From the NCBI GenBank assembly GCA_023144035.1, contig JAGLGM010000001.1, forward strand, positions 135,422 through 199,421: a DNA stretch of 64,000 nucleotides. The letters run 5' to 3'. This DNA is from Candidatus Pacearchaeota archaeon. Its GTDB lineage: Archaea > Nanobdellota > Nanobdellia > Pacearchaeales > GW2011-AR1. Both the position numbers and the translations under genes were made by a program. The notes under the pieces are model-generated. The model ran no database searches. It had not been told where the DNA came from and worked only from the letters and a program-made list of their open reading frames with translations. The stretch's first letter is position 1; every line of letters begins with the position of its first letter. Below are positions 28,625-36,453 of the stretch, in pieces.

Positions 28625-28888
28625 CTACTTAAGCTTTTTAAAATCAGTTTCAAGTTTATCTAATTCTTTTGTAGCTGCAACAATTGCATCGTTTAAAGCT
28701 TTCTTAGCTGTCTTTCCTTTTGTTTTCACAGACATAATTGGATTTTCAGTTATGTGTTCTCTTTTCCAAGCTGCAAAATTAACTGAAGAATCTTTATTTA
28801 AATAAACTCTAAGAATTTCTACAATAGTTAAACTATCTACTTGAAATTCAATTTCTTCCTTTTCATTCTTAAGAATTTTAATTTCCAT
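28625..28888 (-). CDS. rpoL: DNA-directed RNA polymerase subunit L (Rpo11)
   Basis: 87-aa protein with the pattern EIEFQVD..TIVEILRVYL..VNFAAWKREH. Confidence 0.7.
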   Translation of the reverse strand: MEIKILKNEKEEIEFQVDSLTIVEILRVYLNKDSSVNFAAWKREHITENPIMSVKTKGKTAKKALNDAIVAATKELDKLETDFKKLK

Positions 28889-28925
28889 ATTAGAAATTCA
28901 CTAAATTAGTTTATAAATCTTTCTT

Positions 28926-29005
28926 TATGTGAAGTGTATTTTCACGAACATTCGAACTTATTCGATGAATTTATTCACTATGTGAAGTGTATTTTCATGA
29001 GCATT
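28926..29005. promoter_or_regulatory. two 27-bp direct repeats, each with a GTGAA-N7-TTCAC palindrome, upstream of rpoL
   Basis: TATGTGAAGTGTATTTTCACGAACATT at 28926 and TATGTGAAGTGTATTTTCATGAGCATT at 28979, 53 bp apart. Confidence 0.5.
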
Positions 29006-29038
29006 TAAATTTATTTAATTAGTTAACCCTATGAAAAA

Positions 29039-29881
29039 TTACTTTCCAAATAAAATCCTATCCATTTCTTCCTGAGAAATATTTTCTTTATCAGAACTAA
29101 CTATTGATTCTGGAGTCTCTATTTCTTTGCCCTCTAATTCAATACTTGAAGGCACGCCAGAAGGTGCCATTAAATTAATTTCCTCTACTTCTTCTAATTC
29201 TCTTTCCTCTATTTCATCTTCATGAAAACCAGTATCTATATTTTCGTCTATGTCAGTAATTTCAGTTTGTTTTAATCTTCTTAAATCATCTATTGTTAAA
29301 ATTCTTGCTTCATCCATATCAAAACTAAGTTTTCTTGACATCTTTGAGGGATTAATTGCTCTTGTAAATTCGGGCCTAATAATTTTAATTCCTAAATAAT
29401 TCTCAAGTTTATTTACAAGTCGATAATCATCTTCTGGGAGAATTCCTTGTTCTGCCATTTTTATAGCTGCTTCTGATTCTGCAACTTGAACTGCTAATTG
29501 TGTTTGAGTAATCTTCTTCATTCTCCTTGCTCTCATAATTACCCAATGAAAATTATTAATCATTTCTGGTCTTGGTCTTACATCTTTAGACACTTTTTGC
29601 TCATAATTTCTATCTACAATTTCTCTTAATGTAACTTCTTGTTCTTGTTTTGCAGGAAACTCTCTTTCTGTAGACTCTCCTAAAGAAATAGTTGCTTTTT
29701 CATAAAAAGATTGTTTTCTTTCAGATTCTTTTAATTGAAAAGTTGTTGGTCTTCTAATAATTGGAATATGTTCTTCTTGAGAACATCTTTCACATATTTT
29801 TGTTAAACCTTCGTCAGAGATAGCATCAAAAAGTCTAACCTTTTTTATAGAGACCCCACAATTAAAACATTCATCCATCAA
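29039..29881 (-). CDS. MBF1-like Zn-ribbon plus XRE-type HTH protein with an acidic C-terminal tail
   Basis: CFNCG..CERC ribbon; HTH IMRARRMKKITQTQLAVQVAESEAAIKMAEQGILPEDDYRLVNKLENYLGIKI. Confidence 0.55.
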   Translation of the reverse strand: MMDECFNCGVSIKKVRLFDAISDEGLTKICERCSQEEHIPIIRRPTTFQLKESERKQSFYEKATISLGESTEREFPAKQEQEVTLREIVDRNYEQKVSKDVRPRPEMINNFHWVIMRARRMKKITQTQLAVQVAESEAAIKMAEQGILPEDDYRLVNKLENYLGIKIIRPEFTRAINPSKMSRKLSFDMDEARILTIDDLRRLKQTEITDIDENIDTGFHEDEIEERELEEVEEINLMAPSGVPSSIELEGKEIETPESIVSSDKENISQEEMDRILFGK

Positions 29882-29931
29882 AAAACCAATTTAAAACTCT
29901 TTTTTAAGATTTCTATACTAAAAAACCACAA

Positions 29932-31365
29932 TTAATTATACTTATAAATCGCAGAAAAGCCTGTATCTTCAGAACATTCAAAAGATTTTTCAAAATTATC
30001 ATCTAAATCTTGTTTTATTTGAATATTTATTTCATTATTTAAAGGCATATCAAAATCTGTAAACAAAATATATACCTCTTTTTCTTCATAATAATTATTT
30101 ACTAAATTATTTAAACCCTCCAACCCCATAGGACGAGGATAAAAATGAGTTTCTTTTTTTGAATAATAATAAACACGAGGCGACTCATCAGTCATAACCA
30201 CTGAATTTTCCTCAAGATTCTTCAAAAATTTATTTGCTTCTATAAAACATAAATTAGTTGGATTATTTTCTTTATGATATGTAAAACCAAATTGTAAAAT
30301 AAGAGATGTTACTAAAAAAAGAATAATGATTGAAAAAATAGTTTTTCTTAATTTTTTAGTTTTAAGTTGAGAAACAAAAAAACCACTCAAAATACAGATA
30401 GCAGGAGAAATAGGTAATAAAAATCTAATTTCTTTATAATGATAAATTGAAGAAATGATAAAAAATAAAAAAATCCATAAAAATAAAAATAAAACTTCTT
30501 TACTTCTAAATTGCTTTTTATAAAAGAAAAGGAAAACACATAAGATAACAACAAGTGCTAAAATTGAAAACATGTAAGAATTCACAACATAAAAAAACAC
30601 AGATTCTGCATGACCTGTTGAAGCTGCCCTTATCCCATGCATAAAAGCTCCTAAAAAATTTTCATAAGTTGATTTTCCAAAACAAAGCCAAGGAATAAGA
30701 ATAACAAAAAATGATAAAATTGAATACCAAAGATATTTATCTTTCAAAAAAGAAAAATTCTTATTTTTTATTAACAAATAAATAGGAAAAATAAGAAAAA
30801 GCCATAAAACAGTATACCTTGTCAATAAAGATAAAGCGAGAAAAACACCAAATAAAATTTTATATTTATCTTTGTTTTCTTCAAAACCTTTCCAAAAAAA
30901 TAAAATTGCAAACAAAAGAAAAAAAGTTGCATAAAGACTACTTAAAAGTTTTGCACTATAAACAACATGAAGAGGAAGTAAAGCGAGAAAAACAGAGGAA
31001 TAAATAGCTACTTCTTTATTGAATATTTTCTTAGACAATAAAAAAACACCCCAAACACTTAATGCGCCAATTATACACATAAAAAATTTAACTAAATTTC
31101 CTAACCCTAAAAGATACCAAATAGCTAAAGTATATGGAAGAACAGGAGGTCTAAATCCTGCTTTTGGCCATTCACCTAACGGAACATAATCACTCCAATA
31201 ACCATTATTAAAATTATAAGAAAAAGGATTACTACTTAAATCATGACCTAAATTTGCAAAAACAGTTCCATCCCAAATTTGAATAGGTTCAACAAAAACA
31301 AAAATAATTCTAACTATTAATGCTAATAAAATTAAAAAAATTAAAAATTTATGTTCTTTTTTCAT
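29932..31365 (-). CDS. GT-C fold glycosyltransferase (family 39 / ArnT-PMT-like)
   Basis: Polytopic membrane protein, roughly 11-13 TM helices, with an ArnT/PMT_2-like N-terminal third. Confidence 0.55.
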   Translation of the reverse strand: MKKEHKFLIFLILLALIVRIIFVFVEPIQIWDGTVFANLGHDLSSNPFSYNFNNGYWSDYVPLGEWPKAGFRPPVLPYTLAIWYLLGLGNLVKFFMCIIGALSVWGVFLLSKKIFNKEVAIYSSVFLALLPLHVVYSAKLLSSLYATFFLLFAILFFWKGFEENKDKYKILFGVFLALSLLTRYTVLWLFLIFPIYLLIKNKNFSFLKDKYLWYSILSFFVILIPWLCFGKSTYENFLGAFMHGIRAASTGHAESVFFYVVNSYMFSILALVVILCVFLFFYKKQFRSKEVLFLFLWIFLFFIISSIYHYKEIRFLLPISPAICILSGFFVSQLKTKKLRKTIFSIIILFLVTSLILQFGFTYHKENNPTNLCFIEANKFLKNLEENSVVMTDESPRVYYYSKKETHFYPRPMGLEGLNNLVNNYYEEKEVYILFTDFDMPLNNEINIQIKQDLDDNFEKSFECSEDTGFSAIYKYN

Positions 31366-31455
31366 TTTATTATTTCAAAACCTCCAATAATTGAAATGAT
31401 ATAACTAAAAATCTTGTTAAAGATTTTTTGCCTATGGTGGAAAATTTTTTATTTT

Positions 31456-32211
31456 TCATTTTATATTAAATTTATCATATTTTTTTATATTATATTTTTG
31501 TAATAAATATTCTAGAATTAAGTTCAAAACAGCAAACCCATAACCAATAGAATTTACATTACACTTTTCTTCACCATAACAAGTAGGAATTACAATTTCT
31601 TTTATTCTTTTCTTGGCGATAATTAATTGAATTATTATTTCTGAATCAAAATGAAAAACATCTGAATTTTTATTAAAAGGAATTTCCTTCAAAGCACTAA
31701 CAGAATAAGCTCTAAAACCAGAATGAAACTCTGAAAGATTTGTTCTAAAAGCAAGATTCTCACAAAAAGTCAAAAATTTATTTCCTATAAATTTGTAAAG
31801 AGGCATATTTCCTTTCAAAGGTTGCCCAGCAATTCTTGAACCAAAAACAAAATCTGCTTTATCTTGTTTTAAAGGTTTTATTAAATCAGGTACATCTTCT
31901 GGAGGATATTGACAATCACCATGAACCATGACAACAATATCAAATTTATTTTCAATAGCATAATTATAACCCCATTTCTGATTTCCCCCATAACCTTTAT
32001 TTTGTTTATGTTTTATAACTTTTAATTTTTGAAATTGTTTTTTATTTTTATAATCTATAGCAATTTTATAGGTATTATCTTGAGAACAATCATCTGCAAC
32101 TAAAATTTCTGTAGCTTCTTCTAAAACACTTTTAGGAAACCTATTTAATAACTTTCCAATTGTCAATTCTGCATTATATGTTACAACTAAAATTAAAATT
32201 TTCTTTTTCAT
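31456..32211 (-). CDS. family 2 glycosyltransferase (polyprenyl-phosphate sugar synthase, GtrB/DPM-like)
   Basis: LVVTYNAE, VADDCSQDNT, GDCQYPP. Confidence 0.75.
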   Translation of the reverse strand: MKKKILILVVTYNAELTIGKLLNRFPKSVLEEATEILVADDCSQDNTYKIAIDYKNKKQFQKLKVIKHKQNKGYGGNQKWGYNYAIENKFDIVVMVHGDCQYPPEDVPDLIKPLKQDKADFVFGSRIAGQPLKGNMPLYKFIGNKFLTFCENLAFRTNLSEFHSGFRAYSVSALKEIPFNKNSDVFHFDSEIIIQLIIAKKRIKEIVIPTCYGEEKCNVNSIGYGFAVLNLILEYLLQKYNIKKYDKFNIK

Positions 32212-32615
32212 TTTTTAAAAATCCAAAATTTGCTTATAAAAAAATTAATTAAAAATGAAAAACCAACAGCAATAATCTGGGAAAGAATATAATACATCTG
32301 TAAGAATTCTGTTAGAAAATACAAAATAAACAAATTAATAAATAAAATTATTACATTTAAAACAAAATATTTATAATATTTTTTAAAAACTCCATGATTT
32401 AACTTTTCCTTAAAAGTCCAAATCTTATTTAAAATAAAATTATTTGTAACACCAAAACAAAAACCAAAAACTGAAGAAACAAGATAATATATTCCAAAAA
32501 ACTCTGTAAAAATATACAGAACAGCTAAATGAAGAATTGTTCCAGTAAAACCAACACAAACAAATTTAAGAAATTCCTTAACACTCTTTTTTTGCAATCC
32601 AAATAGCATAATCAA
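32208..32615 (-). CDS. GtrA-family membrane protein
   Basis: Four TM helices, FLKFVCVGFTGTILHL, NNFILNKIWTFK. Confidence 0.75.
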   Translation of the reverse strand: MIMLFGLQKKSVKEFLKFVCVGFTGTILHLAVLYIFTEFFGIYYLVSSVFGFCFGVTNNFILNKIWTFKEKLNHGVFKKYYKYFVLNVIILFINLFILYFLTEFLQMYYILSQIIAVGFSFLINFFISKFWIFKK

Positions 32616-32643
32616 TTTAATAGAATTTCTTTTATAAATATAA

Positions 32644-33306
32644 TTAATCTAAATATATTTTCAAATCTTCCACAGAAGTTACTTCCTCAACCACATGTTC
32701 TTGATCAATAATTACCGCAGGATATTTAGAAATTTCAAAATCTTTAAGTAAAGCATCTAAAGAAACTAAATTACTATTTACAGCAATAGGAATTAAGATT
32801 ATTTCATTTCCTTGCTCTTGTTTTAAATCAAATAAAACTTTTGACCAAACATTTTGTGTTGCTTTTATAACTAAATCCTCTGGATCATACTCATAAAGAT
32901 AAACAACAGAATTAAATTCTCCTTTACATTTTTCTGAGATATCTATAGTATTAATCCACAAATAAGTTCTTAACATGTCATATTTCCTATGAGCTAATTT
33001 TAAACCTTCTGTAATTTTCCCTGCCTCTTCATATTTTTCTAAGGTAAAAGCTTCTGCATAAATATTATCTGCTAATTTCAAATTTGAATCCATTAAAACT
33101 TCACATACCTCGTTAGAATCAATTCTCTCATTTAAAGCAAGAATATCCATAAATAAAATCTCAGACCTAGTATAATATTGTTCTACTTCATCTAATTTCC
33201 CTCTTTCAAAACCAGCCCCTATAAGCATTCCTAAAATAAAAATTATTAAAGTTAGTATAAGTGCTTCCCAAAAGACTCTTTTCTTATTTTGTAATATTTT
33301 TTTCAT
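32644..33306 (-). CDS. membrane-anchored hypothetical protein (220 aa)
   Basis: N-terminal TM anchor; remainder unrecognised. Confidence 0.4.
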   Translation of the reverse strand: MKKILQNKKRVFWEALILTLIIFILGMLIGAGFERGKLDEVEQYYTRSEILFMDILALNERIDSNEVCEVLMDSNLKLADNIYAEAFTLEKYEEAGKITEGLKLAHRKYDMLRTYLWINTIDISEKCKGEFNSVVYLYEYDPEDLVIKATQNVWSKVLFDLKQEQGNEIILIPIAVNSNLVSLDALLKDFEISKYPAVIIDQEHVVEEVTSVEDLKIYLD

Positions 33307-33320
33307 TTTTTATTTGTTTT

Positions 33321-33428
33321 TATCAGGCTTGACCCTATTTTAAAGGAAGTTTCATAAAAGAAACCTTGGTGTCTTATCAGGCTTGACCCTATTTTAAAGG
33401 AAGTTTCATAAAAGAAACCTTGGTGTCT
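33321..33428 (+). repeat. 54-bp intergenic element, two perfect tandem copies (B1 and B2)
   Basis: TATCAGGCTTGACCCTATTTTAAAGGAAGTTTCATAAAAGAAACCTTGGTGTCT occurs twice back to back. Confidence 0.95.
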
Positions 33429-33433
33429 TTTAT

Positions 33434-34675
33434 TTACCATGTCCGCTTTCTTTTTAAAAATTTAGTTAGTGAAATTATAAGGATTATAGGATATGCTAAT
33501 AAATAAAATATCAAATAAAACCCTAATGTAATTGGCCCTATTTTTTTATATTGTTTTTCTCTTGAATTTGAAAGTGCTATAAGTGTAAAAAGAAGACCAA
33601 ATAAGAATAAAGTTATTCCTAGAAAAACAAGAACATGAGGTGTAAGATTTATTTCTCTTAAAGTAAGCATTGCTGTATGAGCCCCTATTGAGTATTTTGT
33701 TGAAAGATAATTAACAATTAATTCTCTTGAAAGTCTATATACTAAAATAAAAATTCCAAATAAACCTAATAACCAAGAAAGAACAAAGAAAGGAAGAATA
33801 AATGTTCCTAACATTCCTTTTCCTTTAAGAGCCTGTTTTTTATATTTAAAGATAGTCTGCAACCCACCCATATTCCACCTATTTCTTTGATTAAGCCATA
33901 CTTTCACAGTACTTGGGGCAACAGAATAAACTCTTGAAGGAACACACATTTTTATTTTCCAATTAGCCATCTGAAGAGCCCATACAATTTCTATATCTTC
34001 TGTTAAATTTTTTTCGTCAAACCCCTTAACCTCATCAAAAGCTTTGCTTCTATATAATGCTAAAGGACCAGGAGTAACATAAATAGAATCAATAAATTCT
34101 AATAATTTTCTGCTAAATTTAATTACTTTATATTCTATTGCTTGTAATTTTTCAATAAAATTATTTCTATTTTTTACTAAAACTGTAGAGGTTACAGCTC
34201 CAACTTGAAGGTCATTAAAAAAACCTATCATCTTATTAACAGAACCTTTTTCAGGATAAGAATCAGCATCTGTAAATCCAATTAATTCTGTTTTAACAAA
34301 TTGAGCCCCATAATTTTTTGCTCCTGCTGCATTTCCTGTATTTTTAGGTGTTTGAACAGCCATAACTTGAGGATATTTTTTAGCATATTCTTTCATAATC
34401 TTATAAGAATTATCAGTACTACAATCATCTACCACAATTATTTTTTTTAATCCTTTATAACCTATATTTAAAAGAGATTCTATAGTTCCTCCAATATCTT
34501 TCTCCTCATTATAACAAGGAACCACCATACTCAAAGAATACTGCTTTTTTGATTTAGGAAAATAAAAAAATTCATCTTTATTTTGAATATATATTAATAA
34601 AAATAAGAAAAAGAAATACAAAGCTATGAAGGTATATACTAAAAATACAATTGTTATAAAGTCCATTTTATGCAA
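33434..34675 (-). CDS. processive family 2 glycosyltransferase (NodC/PgaC/chitin-synthase-like)
   Basis: VVPCYNEE, VVDDCSTDNS, TDADS, TEDIE, QRNRW; flanking TM helices. Confidence 0.75.
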   Translation of the reverse strand: MHKMDFITIVFLVYTFIALYFFFLFLLIYIQNKDEFFYFPKSKKQYSLSMVVPCYNEEKDIGGTIESLLNIGYKGLKKIIVVDDCSTDNSYKIMKEYAKKYPQVMAVQTPKNTGNAAGAKNYGAQFVKTELIGFTDADSYPEKGSVNKMIGFFNDLQVGAVTSTVLVKNRNNFIEKLQAIEYKVIKFSRKLLEFIDSIYVTPGPLALYRSKAFDEVKGFDEKNLTEDIEIVWALQMANWKIKMCVPSRVYSVAPSTVKVWLNQRNRWNMGGLQTIFKYKKQALKGKGMLGTFILPFFVLSWLLGLFGIFILVYRLSRELIVNYLSTKYSIGAHTAMLTLREINLTPHVLVFLGITLFLFGLLFTLIALSNSREKQYKKIGPITLGFYLIFYLLAYPIILIISLTKFLKRKRTW

Positions 34676-34676
34676 A

Positions 34677-35267
34677 TCAACTAGAATTCTTCTCTTTTAA
34701 AAGATTGTTAGTCTCAGATTCAACATTAAAATAATCATAAAAATCAGCACTTAAACTAAGTTCATAAGTATGTCCTTGTTTTTTCTTTTTAATAAGGTCT
34801 AAATCTTTAAACTTCTTTATATGGTCATAAGCTTTATTTCCTCTAATTTTAATAATTACTGATTGTTTTATTGGTTGTTTAAATGCAATAATTGCTAAAG
34901 TTTCTTGCTCTGCATTTGAAAATTCAGCGCTTCCTGTTGCTAATTTGTTAATTAAATAAGTATAAGCTGGTTTTACGTCCATTTTCCACATTTCATTCTT
35001 CTCTTGTTTAACTTCTTCAGAAGAAAAATTGAAACCTCCTTTTTTAACAATTTCCAGTGCAAAATCTTCAGTATTATATTTTTCTTGAATTTTTTCAATA
35101 AGTCCAGGAATAATTACAGGATTTAAATCAGATAATGTAACAAGTTCAGGCATTGTTAAAAATCTACCAGAAACAAAGAATATAGCTTCTAATATTTTCA
35201 TATCTTGTTTTTGTTTTAAATCATCTATTTCATCTAAAGTATCACTCTTCATAAAATCAAGAAGCAC
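34677..35267 (-). CDS. scpB: segregation and condensation protein B
   Basis: ILEAIFFVSGRFLTMPEL and ETLAIIAFKQPIKQSVIIKIRG, i.e. two wHTH repeats. Confidence 0.65.
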   Translation of the reverse strand: MLLDFMKSDTLDEIDDLKQKQDMKILEAIFFVSGRFLTMPELVTLSDLNPVIIPGLIEKIQEKYNTEDFALEIVKKGGFNFSSEEVKQEKNEMWKMDVKPAYTYLINKLATGSAEFSNAEQETLAIIAFKQPIKQSVIIKIRGNKAYDHIKKFKDLDLIKKKKQGHTYELSLSADFYDYFNVESETNNLLKEKNSS

Positions 35268-35302
35268 ATAGTATTTATAAGCATTATTCTCTAATCCAAA
35301 TT

Positions 35303-35767
35303 ATGAAAAAAGCTGTGATAGCCTTTACAATAATCTTAATTTTAATACTAATTTTATTTTCAATGAGATTACTAAGTCCAAAAGAGATTGATGATGTTAC
35401 TCCTAGTTTTTTTTGTGCTGAAGAACTTTTAAAAAAAAGTGATATTTTATTTGTAATTCCAAAATTTAATAATACCCTTATTTCTGAAAATCCAGAATGG
35501 TGTGAATATATTTTAAGTTTAAACAAGACTCTAGGTTTACATGGAGTTTACCATGAATATAAAGAATTTGAAACAGATAGAGATCAAGAATATCTTCAAC
35601 AAGGAATAGATGAATTTAAAACTTGTTTTGGTTATGAGCCAACTCTTTTCAAACCACCACAAAATAGAATTTCAAAAACAAACAAGGAATTAATAAAACA
35701 AAACAACATGAAATTAAAAACAATTCTTAATAAAATAATTCATAAAATATATCACTGTCATTATTGA
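35303..35767 (+). CDS. secreted or anchored DUF2334 / polysaccharide-deacetylase-like protein (tentative)
   Basis: Signal anchor; LGLHGVYHEYKEF motif. Confidence 0.3.
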   Translation: MKKAVIAFTIILILILILFSMRLLSPKEIDDVTPSFFCAEELLKKSDILFVIPKFNNTLISENPEWCEYILSLNKTLGLHGVYHEYKEFETDRDQEYLQQGIDEFKTCFGYEPTLFKPPQNRISKTNKELIKQNNMKLKTILNKIIHKIYHCHY

Positions 35768-35826
35768 TTTTAGAATATATTCTATATTATAATAATGTTT
35801 TTAAATAATCAAATCTCTTAAAAAGT

Positions 35827-36453
35827 ATGAGTTTATCCAAAAAACTAAAAAACTTTGGAATTGCTACTAGTATTGTTGCTTCTTCATTCTTACCTATGAA
35901 ATCTTTAGCTCAAGAATTTGCAAACACAACAAATAAAAACAACACAGAAACAATACAAGATGATTGGAACTTCTCTTCTTATATCTTTTTCTTACAACCT
36001 CATGATTCTGATTTTAAAGATTGGTTTGGTTCTTATTTTGCTATTCAAGGAGAAGCAAAAAGAAAAATGAAAGAAGATATTTATTTAAATGCAAATGCAA
36101 CAATTGGGTTTGGAAAAGATAATTTAGAAAATATTTCAATAAATTCCACATTAGTAAAAATTGCAACAATGTTTGAATATCAAATTGGAACAAATGAAAA
36201 TTCAAAAGTTGCAGTAGGGGTTGGACCAGAAATTTCTAAACTTTCAATAAACTGGGCAAGTAGTGGAAGTGGAACAAATCAAAGTGGGAATTTAGATTAT
36301 TCTGGATTAGGATATATACTCCAAATGCAATACACACAAAATATAAGTGATCTTTTTGATTTAATAATTTCAGGAAGTTATTCTAAAGTAAAAGATGAAG
36401 ATACAAATGTAAACATTGGAACCACAGGAATAGCAGTAGGTTTAATATTCTAA
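35827..36453 (+). CDS. signal-peptide protein with an 8-strand amphipathic beta pattern (OmpA/OmpX/OmpW-like barrel?)
   Basis: Signal peptide ending KSLA/QE; eight alternating-hydrophobic strands; C-terminal GIAVGLIF ending in Phe. Confidence 0.45.
   Translation: MSLSKKLKNFGIATSIVASSFLPMKSLAQEFANTTNKNNTETIQDDWNFSSYIFFLQPHDSDFKDWFGSYFAIQGEAKRKMKEDIYLNANATIGFGKDNLENISINSTLVKIATMFEYQIGTNENSKVAVGVGPEISKLSINWASSGSGTNQSGNLDYSGLGYILQMQYTQNISDLFDLIISGSYSKVKDEDTNVNIGTTGIAVGLIF

Noticed and set aside
31372-31459. 29-codon ORF between the GT2 and GT-C genes, with an ATGA overlap
   Set aside because: Too short, no motif, and probably fortuitous.
33321-33428. Possible CRISPR array
   Set aside because: There are only two directly abutting 54-bp copies with no spacers and no cas genes. 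It is a tandem duplication, not a CRISPR array.
35827-36453. Bacterial contamination as the explanation for the beta-barrel-like gene
   Set aside because: The gene is physically flanked by archaeal core genes and overlaps one of them (aRF1), and it shares their AT-rich composition. Horizontal acquisition remains possible.
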